The notes below the pieces were generated by a model. It was not told the DNA's origin. It did no database searches and saw only the letters and a list, made by a program, of their open reading frames with translations. Both the position numbers and the translations under genes were made by a program. From contig JBBDYI010000290.1 of assembly GCA_040901705.1 (NCBI GenBank), forward strand, positions 18,686-82,685: a DNA stretch of 64,000 nucleotides, given 5' to 3'. The stretch is from Pirellulales bacterium. GTDB lineage: Bacteria; Planctomycetota; Planctomycetia; Pirellulales; PLA5. Below are positions 18,939 through 26,962 of this stretch, piece after piece (the first letter of the stretch is position 1; every line of letters starts with the position of its first letter).

Positions 18939-19024
18939 GGAGGGCGGTCCGCGCCTTGGCGGCGCAGCGGTCTTATAAACTGCCATAGGTTCCTCACGGA
19001 AGGGTTCGATTCCCCCGCTCTCCG
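18939..19024 (+). pseudogene. tRNA-like element (86 nt), probably a decayed or non-canonical tRNA
   Basis: 7-9 bp acceptor pairing ggagggcgg / ccgctctcc. Anticodon-like arm gcggt-cttataa-actgc (UAU at the anticodon position). T-loop GGTTCGATTCC, but the T-stem has two A-C mismatches (aaggg/ccccc). The D arm lacks the conserved GG, and the variable region is 16 nt. The 3' end abuts the stop codon of the convergent RHH gene, with CTA in place of CCA. Confidence 0.35.
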
Positions 19025-19216
19025 CTAGCGCCGCTTTGGCGCTTTCTCGGCGGCTTTGTTCAGGCACTCCCGTATCCATTCCGACAGGCTTTTGTCTGCG
19101 GCATAGGCAGCGCTCGCCCACTTGGCCTTGTCGTCGGCTGTCAATCGAATCTGGAGGGTTTCCGGCAACGTTGTGCCCGTCGGTTTCGGCGGTCGTCCCG
19201 AACGCTTCTTTTCCAT
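19025..19216 (-). CDS. Ribbon-helix-helix (CopG/Arc/MetJ-type) DNA-binding protein
   Basis: Start chosen at 19216: MEKKRSGRPPKPTGTTLPETLQIRLTADDKAKWASAAYAADKSLSEWIRECLNKAAEKAPKRR (63 aa). The pattern is beta strand (LQIRLT) plus two helices. Palindromic operators lie immediately upstream. Confidence 0.7.
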   Translation of the reverse strand: MEKKRSGRPPKPTGTTLPETLQIRLTADDKAKWASAAYAADKSLSEWIRECLNKAAEKAPKRR

Positions 19217-19283
19217 GTAATTACAGTAATGACTAAAATCTATACCGTCAACCCCTTGCTTATTGTAATTACGGTAATTACAA
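19216..19283. promoter_or_regulatory. Palindromic operator-like sites upstream of the RHH gene
   Basis: Perfect palindrome tgtaattaca (19216-19225, overlapping the RHH start codon). A 21-bp near-palindrome ttgtaattacggtaattacaa (19263-19283). Both share the GTAATTAC core in an AT-rich spacer. Confidence 0.45.
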
Positions 19284-19286
19284 TAA

Positions 19287-20380
19287 GGTCGTGCAAGAAA
19301 ACCCCGTTGCAGCCGGCAAGCCGCAGCGGGGCGAATCACAACTAGGCTTTCGCCCAATCGGACCCAAGTATCTCGATTGTAGCGAGAGCCGCAACAAAAG
19401 GCGACTCTCCGATGGCAAATGTTCTCCCCCGCGACAAGCAAATCTCGGTTCTCCACCATCTAGTCGAAGGCAACACGCTCCGCAGCACGTCGCGGCTGTC
19501 GGGCGTCGCCCGCAACACGATCACGGCCCTCATGGTCCGGTTCGGCGAGGGCTGCCAGCGACTTCTGGACAGCAAGTTGCGCGGCCTCACGCTCGATCAC
19601 GTCGAGACGGATGAAATCTGGTCCTACGTCGGCAAAAAGCAGGGCCGACTAACCGACGAAGAAAAAGCCGAACGGTCGGATATCGGCGACGTGTACACGT
19701 TCACTTGCCTTGACCAGGAAACGAAATTGATCGCGGCGCACGTCGTCGGCAAGCGGTCTGCCGACAACGCTCGCCGGTTGATGATGCAACTGGCCGGCCG
19801 GCTAAACTTCCCGAATCCGCACGCGGGCGACGACCACGCCTTCGGCACTGGCGGATTCCGGCCGATCATCCAAATTTCGACGGACGGCTGGCCAGGATAC
19901 CCTGAGGCTGTTGACTTGGCTTTTGGTCCCTATGCGCGGTTTGGAACCATCGTGAAGGATTACCGCAACGCCGAGCAACCCGGCCGCTACGCGCCGCCGG
20001 AAATGATAGGGACCGTCCGCCGCGGCATAACCGGGATAGAAACCGCCGACGAATGGTCGATATGCACGTCGCACGTCGAACGGCACAACCTGACGATCCG
20101 CACGTTGATGAAGCGGTTCACGCGGCTCGGCGTGGGGTTCAGCAAGTGCGTCGAAAACCACGCCGCTGCCGTCGCCGGCTTCATCGCGTTCTACAATTTC
20201 GTCTGGCGGACGCGGTATCCCGACGATAGCGGGCGGCCTGGAAAACTGCGGCCGACGGCGGCGATGATGGCGGGGGTGACAAACACGCTGTGGAGTTTCA
20301 CGGACCTGTTCGACGCCGCGATGGCCGTATAGAATTCGACCGGTGAACAAGCTTAGGGCCGGCGGGTTTCTTCTATGACC
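19287..20380 (+). mobile_element. IS1-family insertion sequence (boundaries tentative)
   Basis: Single transposase ORF. Candidate imperfect terminal inverted repeats are ggtcgtgcaagaaaaccccg (19287-19306) and the reverse complement of cgggtttcttctatgacc (20363-20380), which reads ggtcatagaagaaacccg. Both begin with GGT as in IS1. No flanking target-site duplication is visible. Confidence 0.5.
19412..20332 (+). CDS. IS1-family DDE transposase (single fused ORF)
   Basis: 306 aa. N-terminal HTH (NTLRSTSRLSGVARNTITALMVRFGEG). IS1 InsB-type blocks DEIWSYVGKK, ISTDGWPGY and HVERHNLTIRTLMKRFTRLGVGFSKCVENH...FYNF. Confidence 0.8.
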   Translation: MANVLPRDKQISVLHHLVEGNTLRSTSRLSGVARNTITALMVRFGEGCQRLLDSKLRGLTLDHVETDEIWSYVGKKQGRLTDEEKAERSDIGDVYTFTCLDQETKLIAAHVVGKRSADNARRLMMQLAGRLNFPNPHAGDDHAFGTGGFRPIIQISTDGWPGYPEAVDLAFGPYARFGTIVKDYRNAEQPGRYAPPEMIGTVRRGITGIETADEWSICTSHVERHNLTIRTLMKRFTRLGVGFSKCVENHAAAVAGFIAFYNFVWRTRYPDDSGRPGKLRPTAAMMAGVTNTLWSFTDLFDAAMAV

Positions 20381-20587
20381 CGTCGGCCCGCACTTTGCGC
20401 CTTGCCGGACACTTAGGTAGACGTATACGATTCGTTAGTGGACTTAGTACAGAACGGAAGGCTTGTTCACCAAAGCTCTTGCCGCTTCTGGCACGCCAAA
20501 AACCAAACAGAAGATTACTGCCACACGTTGGACTGTGTGTTCAGGGATGTACCTTCCTTGCCTCACGGAGGGCCTGCCTATGGTGAC

Positions 20588-20899
20588 TTAATCATCCTCC
20601 CCATCGCAGAGGTCGCGTTCGGATCGCGTGGCGCGCGGAAACAGAGTTAGCATCATCCAGGATTCAGAGGGATCGCCCTCCATCCAGGCAAGGATAAACT
20701 CTCGACTTGCATCGCGGCACGCCGTTGCAATCCGTTCGCGGTTGTCTGCATGTACCGGCTGCTTAGCTGGCTCGCCGGTGGCAATCAGGTGGTCGATTTG
20801 CGCCAACTCGTAGCCGAGGACGAAGCATTCGTGCGCGCCCAGGGAATCAAGTTCGCCATTGTCGATCCCGAACGATTTGATGAGTCCATATTGTGACAT
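20588..20899 (-). CDS. Hypothetical acidic protein (103 aa), orphan
   Basis: Intact ATG ORF with balanced, protein-like composition (MSQYGLIKSFGIDNGELDSLGAHECFVLGYELAQIDHL...). No motif I can assign. Located in the low-GC island. Confidence 0.5.
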   Translation of the reverse strand: MSQYGLIKSFGIDNGELDSLGAHECFVLGYELAQIDHLIATGEPAKQPVHADNRERIATACRDASREFILAWMEGDPSESWMMLTLFPRATRSERDLCDGEDD

Positions 20900-20926
20900 T
20901 TTTGAAACTCAACTTGAAGGTGATAT

Positions 20927-21094
20927 ATGTCTGTTCCGATTGGTACGACCGCAAAGACCGGCGAAATCTGCCCGGAGAGCGGTGTTTGGCAAGTTGTTGG
21001 GACTCCCAGCACGACGGCCCCGATTGCCAAGGGCAACCGGATGCCGCCGTACAACAACCAAGCTGTAACTTGGAAGTTGACGGCCTACGCTTAG
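20927..21094 (+). CDS. Small protein (55 aa), YjzC-like pattern
   Basis: Not in the track because it is under 60 aa. ATG preceded by GAAGGTGA. MSVPIGTTAKTGEICPESGVWQVVGTPSTTAPIAKGNRMPPYNNQAVTWKLTAYA. The K-x-G-x3-P-x2-G-V-(W/Y)...(G)-x-R-(M/F)-P...V-W pattern recalls B. subtilis YjzC. A strong intrinsic terminator follows 22 nt after the stop. Confidence 0.5.
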   Translation: MSVPIGTTAKTGEICPESGVWQVVGTPSTTAPIAKGNRMPPYNNQAVTWKLTAYA

Positions 21095-21115
21095 TAGGCG
21101 AGTTGTGTGCCAACG

Positions 21116-21148
21116 ATCCCCGCGGGATGGAGCCCGCGGGGATTTTTT
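21116..21148 (+). terminator. Rho-independent terminator
   Basis: Perfect 11-bp stem atccccgcggg / cccgcggggat, loop atggag, then T6 (21143-21148). Confidence 0.85.
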
Positions 21149-21491
21149 GGGCCGGGATCGTCTCAGGAAGTTCTTTCCCAGGCAATGCCAAAGCGTACAA
21201 TGGCCGTACTGGCAGCGATGCCAGCGAGAAGAATTCGAGCCGCCCAGGAATTGAGAAGCCAAGGGCGGCTTTTTCATGCGCTCAATTCTACCGATCCGGT
21301 CGACAACGGGCCACGGCCCGCTTTTTCCTTACTCGATTTCAATTTGAGCCACTATCAAAGGATCACGAGGCAGGTGATAACCAATCTCGGCCGCGGCTTG
21401 CGCCCAGGAGGCTTGCCTGCCTTCTCCGGCGACTGGTACGGATTCTCGTTCTCGGCCATGCTGGCATTGTAACGAACCGGCTGTCCGCCGT

Positions 21492-22004
21492 TCACGCGAC
21501 CGGCTGCGAACGCTCGCCCGCCTGCGACGCCTTGCGCCCCATCGCCAGAACCATTTTGTACTCGCTCGGCCGCACGGGCTGAACCGACAGTCGCGAACCC
21601 TTGCGCAGCAACTCCATCGTGGCCAGCGACTTGACCTCCCGCAATTCGGCCAGCGACACCGGATGCCGAAAGATCTCCAGCAGCCGCAGATCGACCATTT
21701 GCCAGATCGGGTTATCCGGCGACGCCTTCGGATCGTAGTGATGGTCTTCCTTGTCCCACGCCGTGTGGTCGGGATACGCTTCGCGAACCACCAGACACGT
21801 CCCCACCACGGCCGGCGGATTGGCGTTGGAGTGGTAAAACAGCACTTCGTCGCCGAGTTTCATATCGTCGCGAAGATAATTGCGGGCCTGATAATTCCGC
21901 ACGCCGTCCCAGCAAGTCGTCTGCTTCGGGCTGTCGGCCAAGTTGCGAATCGAAAACGACTCCGGTTCCGTTTTGACGAGCCAATAACGCTTCGCTCGGG
22001 GCAT
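21492..22004 (-). CDS. EVE (PUA-like, DUF55) domain protein
   Basis: Start chosen at 22004: MPRAKRYWLVKTEPESFSIRNLADSPKQTTCWDGVRNYQARNYLRDDMKLGDEVLFYHSN..., the typical EVE signature. The upstream part of the track ORF (to 22355) is Arg/Ala-rich filler. Confidence 0.85.
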   Translation of the reverse strand: MPRAKRYWLVKTEPESFSIRNLADSPKQTTCWDGVRNYQARNYLRDDMKLGDEVLFYHSNANPPAVVGTCLVVREAYPDHTAWDKEDHHYDPKASPDNPIWQMVDLRLLEIFRHPVSLAELREVKSLATMELLRKGSRLSVQPVRPSEYKMVLAMGRKASQAGERSQPVA

Positions 22005-22129
22005 ATAGAAGTTCCGCGGCCGCCAGATCTCGCATCGGCCGGGGCGACACGTCCCGGCCACACCAAGATTGTTATACTCCGCCCGGCGGGAAATGAAATC
22101 CCGGCTGCGGCATGGAATCGGCGCGGCGA

Positions 22130-23323
22130 CTATCGCGTCGCCCGGCGGATCAGCCACGCGCCGCAGCATGCCACGACGAGATTGCCGGTCCACACGACTT
22201 CCGGCGGCAACGCGCCGCGCTTGGCCGCGTCGATGCCGAACGCCAGCAGCGGATAATAGACGACCAGTATCGGCAGAAAGCACAGAAAGAACGTGGTCAG
22301 AAAATCGGCCGTCCGGAAACGAATCGCCAGCGGCAGGCCGATCATCGCGAAACACAGACAGCTAAACCCGCTCGCCCAGCGACGCGGCGGTTCCGTACGC
22401 AGACGGTACAGGTAACCGCGCTCGTTGCTCAACTGCTGCTCGTCGAGTCGCCAGCGCGGGCCGAGCACGTCCTCGAAGTCTCCCAAGACCAGATTCGACG
22501 CGACGCGGGCCGCCAATTGATCGAGATGCTTGCTCAACTCGGCCTCGCGAAGGTCGATTTCGCCCGGAATCTCCCGCAGCGGAATCCAAGCCGGCGCAGT
22601 CGACCGGCTGCGATGTCGGGCGGCTTCCAATGGGATGCGCTGCTCGAAGGTGTCGGGAAATCGCGCCGACCAATGCTCGCCACCGTCGCGGACCGTCGCG
22701 ATCTCGCCGTTTCGGCACACCAACCGCAAATCGCCCGCCTCCTCGTCGGTCCATAGCTCGGCCTCCGCGGCGGAAATCGTACACGCAGGCATCGACTCGC
22801 TGGCCGGTAACGAGATCAGCGGCGCGATCAGCCGCCGCCCTTCGACGGCCGCTACGTTGATCGAAATCCGGTCGTTGGCGAAGCTTCGCTCCGCGCGGAG
22901 AATGCCGTAGACGATATCGTCGACGCTGGCGATCGCATGTAGTTCGATTTGCTCGTGGCCCCAACAGACGCCGTCGTCGTTGAGGAACACCGTGCCCAGG
23001 CTGATCGCGACGGCCAGAGCCAGGGTCGGCCAAATGACCGCTCGCGGATTCACGCCCAGCGCTTGCAGGGCAACGATTTCGTTTCCCGCCGATAGTCGGC
23101 CGTAAACGTTACACACCGCCAGCAAAATCGCCCCCGGCACGGCGAACCGCATCGCATCGGGCAGAACGTAAGGCAGCAGCGGAATTGCCTGAGCGATTCC
23201 CAGCCCATGCTCGAGCGCGGTCCGCAGCACGCCGACCACCAGCAACAGACCCGTCGCCGCCGCCAGCGCGACGGCGAAGACTTTGACGACCTCGACGACG
23301 ACGTGCCGCGGATAGATGCCCAT
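22130..23323 (-). CDS. LptF/LptG (YjgP/YjgQ) family permease
   Basis: Start chosen at 23323 (MGIYPRHVVVEVVKVFAVALAAATGLLLV...). Multi-TM topology with a periplasmic insert. LPYVLPDAMRFAVPGAILLAV...GNEIVALQALGV is typical of the family. Confidence 0.8.
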   Translation of the reverse strand: MGIYPRHVVVEVVKVFAVALAAATGLLLVVGVLRTALEHGLGIAQAIPLLPYVLPDAMRFAVPGAILLAVCNVYGRLSAGNEIVALQALGVNPRAVIWPTLALAVAISLGTVFLNDDGVCWGHEQIELHAIASVDDIVYGILRAERSFANDRISINVAAVEGRRLIAPLISLPASESMPACTISAAEAELWTDEEAGDLRLVCRNGEIATVRDGGEHWSARFPDTFEQRIPLEAARHRSRSTAPAWIPLREIPGEIDLREAELSKHLDQLAARVASNLVLGDFEDVLGPRWRLDEQQLSNERGYLYRLRTEPPRRWASGFSCLCFAMIGLPLAIRFRTADFLTTFFLCFLPILVVYYPLLAFGIDAAKRGALPPEVVWTGNLVVACCGAWLIRRATR

Positions 23324-23343
23324 CAAGTGCTTATCCCAGAACT

Positions 23344-23412
23344 GTAGGAGGCGAATCCATTCGCCGAACGAACTGTCAAGCGATTCTTTCGGCGAAAGGA
23401 TTCGCCTCCTAC
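23344..23412. repeat. Long hairpin (25-bp arms, 1 mismatch), member of a two-locus repeat family
   Basis: gtaggaggcgaatccattcgccgaa (23344-23368) pairs with ttcggcgaaaggattcgcctcctac (23388-23412). The flanking cccagaactgt plus the left arm recurs at 35299-35330. Confidence 0.75.
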
Positions 23413-23435
23413 GGAATTCGCTTTCGAGATAAGCA

Positions 23436-24065
23436 TCAAGGCAAGTGCCAGTGACGGGGCCACCACGCTTCGTCGCGAGCGTAGGCGACGACCTCGCAGA
23501 TGACCGGAATCCAAAGATAGCGCGAAGCCCGCCACGCTTCGGCCAGCAGGCCATGCGTATCGACTTCAACGTAGCGGGCCGACCGATAACGGCGCAGGTT
23601 GGGCACGAATCGCGGCGTGCGGCGGCAATACTCGTCGAACTCCGGACCGATCTTGCCCCGCAAATTCGCTTCTTCGACCGGCACGGTCACGGCCAGATAA
23701 AAGATGCTCGCCGCGGCCAGTCCGACCGCAAACGTGATGCTGCCCAAGTACAGCGGAATCGACAGGCAGAGAAAAAACGTGCCGAGGTACAGCGGATTGC
23801 GGCACACCGAATACGGGCCTTCGCTCACCAGCGTGTGATACTTGCGGCCACCGATGTAAAGCGTCGACCACCAGCGAACGGACACGCCGGCGAGAAAAAG
23901 TACCCAACCGGCCATTTCCAGGTAGCAGTGATACCACGAATCGGCCAGCACCAGCGGCGAAGAGAATAACCCCGCCGCGGCGAACGGCGCCATGATCACA
24001 ATGCCGACCCAAGCGCGCGACCGTGCCCACCACCTACGGGGCTGCGAAATACCGACGGTTGCCAT
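23436..24065 (-). CDS. Membrane methyltransferase, ICMT/PEMT-like family
   Basis: 209 aa, multi-TM. LVSEGPYSVCRNPLYLGTFF and the C-terminal loop match the isoprenylcysteine carboxyl / phospholipid methyltransferase signature. Confidence 0.7.
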   Translation of the reverse strand: MATVGISQPRRWWARSRAWVGIVIMAPFAAAGLFSSPLVLADSWYHCYLEMAGWVLFLAGVSVRWWSTLYIGGRKYHTLVSEGPYSVCRNPLYLGTFFLCLSIPLYLGSITFAVGLAAASIFYLAVTVPVEEANLRGKIGPEFDEYCRRTPRFVPNLRRYRSARYVEVDTHGLLAEAWRASRYLWIPVICEVVAYARDEAWWPRHWHLP

Positions 24066-24464
24066 GAAATGCCCCTGAAGTTTCAGTGAATTGGAACGGC
24101 TCTTTGATTGATTCAGTTAACAAGCGGGCGGAACAATACGAATCGCCGGAATCCGCGTCAATCCGAAAGGCCACAAAATCCAAGAGCGACAACGCCGAGC
24201 GTGCGGCTCCGCGTACCGATACGCCGCTGTCGCCCGCGCCGCTTTTGCTCGCGTCCAACGTCCGAACAATCCGCTTCTCCGCTCAAAGCGGCGGTTCTTC
24301 CACGGTCGCCGCCGCGTCCTACAATTGCACAACACCGACCGCCGCCACTGGAAGGCCGGTCGTAACGGATTTGCCGGCGTCGGCCGAATCCGCGATCCAC
24401 ACCGAACGTCCGCCAGCCAGCTTTGGCTGGGCGACCTACGCCGCTCCTTTTCCACATGCCCGCC

Positions 24465-25781
24465 ATGAAGATCGCCGTCATCGGAACCGGATACGTCGGC
24501 CTTGTCACAGGCACATGCTTCGCCGACAGCGGCAATGAAGTGACCTGCCTCGACGTCGACGCCAAAAAAGTCGAGCGACTTCGCGGCGGCGAAATCCCGA
24601 TCTACGAGCCGGGCCTCGGTGAATTGGTCGAACGCAACGCCGCCGCCGGCCGCTTGCACTTCACCACCGATGTCGCCGAAGCGGTCGCCCCCGCGCAAAT
24701 CGTCTACCTTGCCGTCGGCACGCCCTCGGCCGCCGACGGTTCGGCCGATATGAGCTACCTGTTCGCCGCCGCCGAAAGCATCGCGCCGCACCTGCGTGCG
24801 GATGCCGTCGTCGTCACCAAGAGCACCGTTCCGGTCGGCACGTGCGCCCGGCTCGAAGGCCGCTTCCGCGAACTGCTCGGCCGCGTGGTCGACGTGGCGA
24901 GTAATCCGGAGTTCCTCAAGGAAGGCGCGGCGATCGACGACTTCACCAAGCCCGACCGCGTCGTCGTCGGCGTCCGCCGGCCGGAAATCGGCGAACTGCT
25001 CCGCGAACTTTACGCCCCGTTCCTTCGCACCGAGCATCCGTTCCTGGTCATGTCGCCCGAAAGCGCCGAAATGACCAAGTACGTCGCCAACGCCTTGCTC
25101 TCGACCAAGATCAGCTTCATCAACGAAGTCGCCAACGTCTGCGAACGCCTGGACGCCGACATCAACGACGTCCGCCGCGGCATCGGCCACGACTCCCGGA
25201 TCGGCTTCGCGTTCCTGTTTCCCGGCGTCGGCTACGGCGGAAGCTGCTTCCCCAAAGACGTCAGGGCGTTGGCCCACCTCGCCCGGCAGCACGGCATCGA
25301 CCCGCAGATACTCACCAGCGTCGACGAAGTCAACACGCGACAAAAGGACGTGCTCCTCGCAAAGATCGACCGTCACTTTGGCGAAAAACTCGCCGGCCGC
25401 ACGATCGCCATCTGGGGCCTGGCGTTCAAGCCCAAGACCGACGACATCCGCGAGGCCCCGGCGCTGGTCCTCATCGACGGTCTGCTGGCCCGCGGCGCGA
25501 AGGTCCAAGTCCACGACCCGGAAGCGATGGAGAACGTCCGCGCCCGCTACGGCGACCGCCTCGCTTACGCCGAAACACCGATCGAGGCGCTCGCCGGGGT
25601 CGACGCCCTGGCGATCGTCACCGAGTGGAGCGAGTTCCGCAATCCCGACTTCGAGTCGATGCGGGCCACGATGAAATCGCCCACCATCTTCGACGGCCGC
25701 AACCTCTATTCGCTTGCCCAAATGAGCCAGGCCAAGTTCACCTACTATTCGATCGGCCGCGCCGCGATCCGACCAAAATAG
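24465..25781 (+). CDS. ugd: UDP-glucose 6-dehydrogenase
   Basis: Start chosen at 24465 ([16 protein letters not shown], a Rossmann motif). Catalytic block [11 protein letters not shown]. Confidence 0.92.
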   Translation: MKIAVIGTGYVGLVTGTCFADSGNEVTCLDVDAKKVERLRGGEIPIYEPGLGELVERNAAAGRLHFTTDVAEAVAPAQIVYLAVGTPSAADGSADMSYLFAAAESIAPHLRADAVVVTKSTVPVGTCARLEGRFRELLGRVVDVASNPEFLKEGAAIDDFTKPDRVVVGVRRPEIGELLRELYAPFLRTEHPFLVMSPESAEMTKYVANALLSTKISFINEVANVCERLDADINDVRRGIGHDSRIGFAFLFPGVGYGGSCFPKDVRALAHLARQHGIDPQILTSVDEVNTRQKDVLLAKIDRHFGEKLAGRTIAIWGLAFKPKTDDIREAPALVLIDGLLARGAKVQVHDPEAMENVRARYGDRLAYAETPIEALAGVDALAIVTEWSEFRNPDFESMRATMKSPTIFDGRNLYSLAQMSQAKFTYYSIGRAAIRPK

Positions 25782-25813
25782 CCCAACCGCAACTCAAAGC
25801 TTCCCGCAAAACC

Positions 25814-25837
25814 GATCCCTGATCCCTGACCCCCGAC
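25814..25837. repeat. CCCTGA(T/C)C-type short tandem motif between convergent genes
   Basis: gatccctgatccctgacccccgac. Related, in reverse complement, to the tandem units at 55836-55872. Confidence 0.5.
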
Positions 25838-25839
25838 AC

Positions 25840-26502
25840 CTACAACCCCAGCGCCCGCAATATCCGCCCATCGCCCAGCCCGTTGGCGACAAACCGCGCT
25901 CCTGGAAAGACATGATCGCGGCTGTGATCGCCGGGCACGGCCACGGCATGGGTGCCCGCGTCGACCGCCGCGCGGCAACCGGTCTGACTATCTTCGAGCA
26001 CCAGCACTTCCGCCGGCGACAATTGCAATCGCTGTGCGGCCGAAAGATAAATCTCCGGGTCGGGCTTGCCGCGCGTCACGTCTTCCGCGGTTAGCCAGAA
26101 CGCGAACCGCTGCGACCAACCGTGCCGTCCCAGCAAGTCGGCGACGAACGACCGCCGGCTGCTCGTGGCGATCGCCTTCGGCACGTCGGCCGCTTCGAGC
26201 CGGTTGAGCAGTTCCACTAAACCTGGCATCGGCGCGAGCTGCGCATCGAGAATCGGGCCGAAAATCTCGTCGTTCTCACGTTCCAGATCGGCCACGGTCG
26301 CATTGAGGCCGTGCCAGTCGATCATGATTTGCAGCGCCACCTTCGACGGCCGGCCCATCATCGCCGTGAATAGCACCTCGTCAAACGTCTTACCGCGGCG
26401 GCGCAGGACTTCGCCTCCGACGAGGCGATAAAGATGCTCGGTATTGAACATCAGGCCGTCGAGATCGAACACGACGGCCCGGCAAAACTCGGTTTCGGAC
26501 AT
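25840..26502 (-). CDS. HAD-superfamily hydrolase (beta-phosphoglucomutase-like subfamily IA)
   Basis: 220 aa. Motif I VVFDLDGLMFNTE. Later motifs IATSS and LVLEDSQTG. Confidence 0.82.
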   Translation of the reverse strand: MSETEFCRAVVFDLDGLMFNTEHLYRLVGGEVLRRRGKTFDEVLFTAMMGRPSKVALQIMIDWHGLNATVADLERENDEIFGPILDAQLAPMPGLVELLNRLEAADVPKAIATSSRRSFVADLLGRHGWSQRFAFWLTAEDVTRGKPDPEIYLSAAQRLQLSPAEVLVLEDSQTGCRAAVDAGTHAVAVPGDHSRDHVFPGARFVANGLGDGRILRALGL

Positions 26503-26524
26503 GCTCGTTCGTCAATTCGCTCGT

Positions 26525-26962
26525 TCAGAAACTGCGCACGTTGAACCACGACCGGCAATACGGACATTTCACGTCGCCGCTCGGCGAAACATCCGCCCCG
26601 TCGCCCAGCGGGGCCGCGCATTGAGGGCAGGCGTAGTCCGCACGCCCCGTGTGCTCGGAACTCCGTTCGGCCCGATCGATCAACTGCTTTGCGTTACCCC
26701 GCATTCGCTGCGCCATGCTGTTCGGCGATTGCCCGAACAGACCGCCCGTGGCAAGCGCTCCGCCCATCGCCACGAACGGAATGGCGATAAAGCTGGCGAC
26801 AACGCGGAATAGAATCGGCGGCGAACCAAATCCGCCGCTAGGCCACAGCCACATCGCCGCGAGAATCGCCACCCCTACTCCGCCGAAACAGACGCCAAAT
26901 GCAACGGCCACGATTCGTTGGCCCGCCGGCGGTTTGGTCGGATCCATTTGCGTTGTCCTCAC
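26525..26962 (-). CDS. Membrane protein with C-terminal zinc-ribbon
   Basis: 145 aa. Two hydrophobic helices, then CPQCAAPL...VKCPYCRSWF (CxxC...CxxC). Confidence 0.5.
   Translation of the reverse strand: MRTTQMDPTKPPAGQRIVAVAFGVCFGGVGVAILAAMWLWPSGGFGSPPILFRVVASFIAIPFVAMGGALATGGLFGQSPNSMAQRMRGNAKQLIDRAERSSEHTGRADYACPQCAAPLGDGADVSPSGDVKCPYCRSWFNVRSF

Noticed and set aside
20438-20650. 70-aa GTG-start ORF with a Cys/His pattern (SSCRFWH...YCHTLDC)
   Set aside because: It has no RBS, overlaps the 3' end of the convergent 103-aa gene, and its Cys/His spacing fits no zinc-finger class I know. Probably non-coding island DNA.
21107-21472. 121-aa plus-strand ORF in the island's right margin
   Set aside because: It begins inside the strong terminator hairpin, runs through two further terminator-like hairpins, and has no RBS or motif.
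24117-25721. 534-aa minus-strand ORF overlapping ugd
   Set aside because: It is antisense to a textbook UDP-glucose dehydrogenase. Its composition is dominated by G/A/D/R/V with no domain signature.
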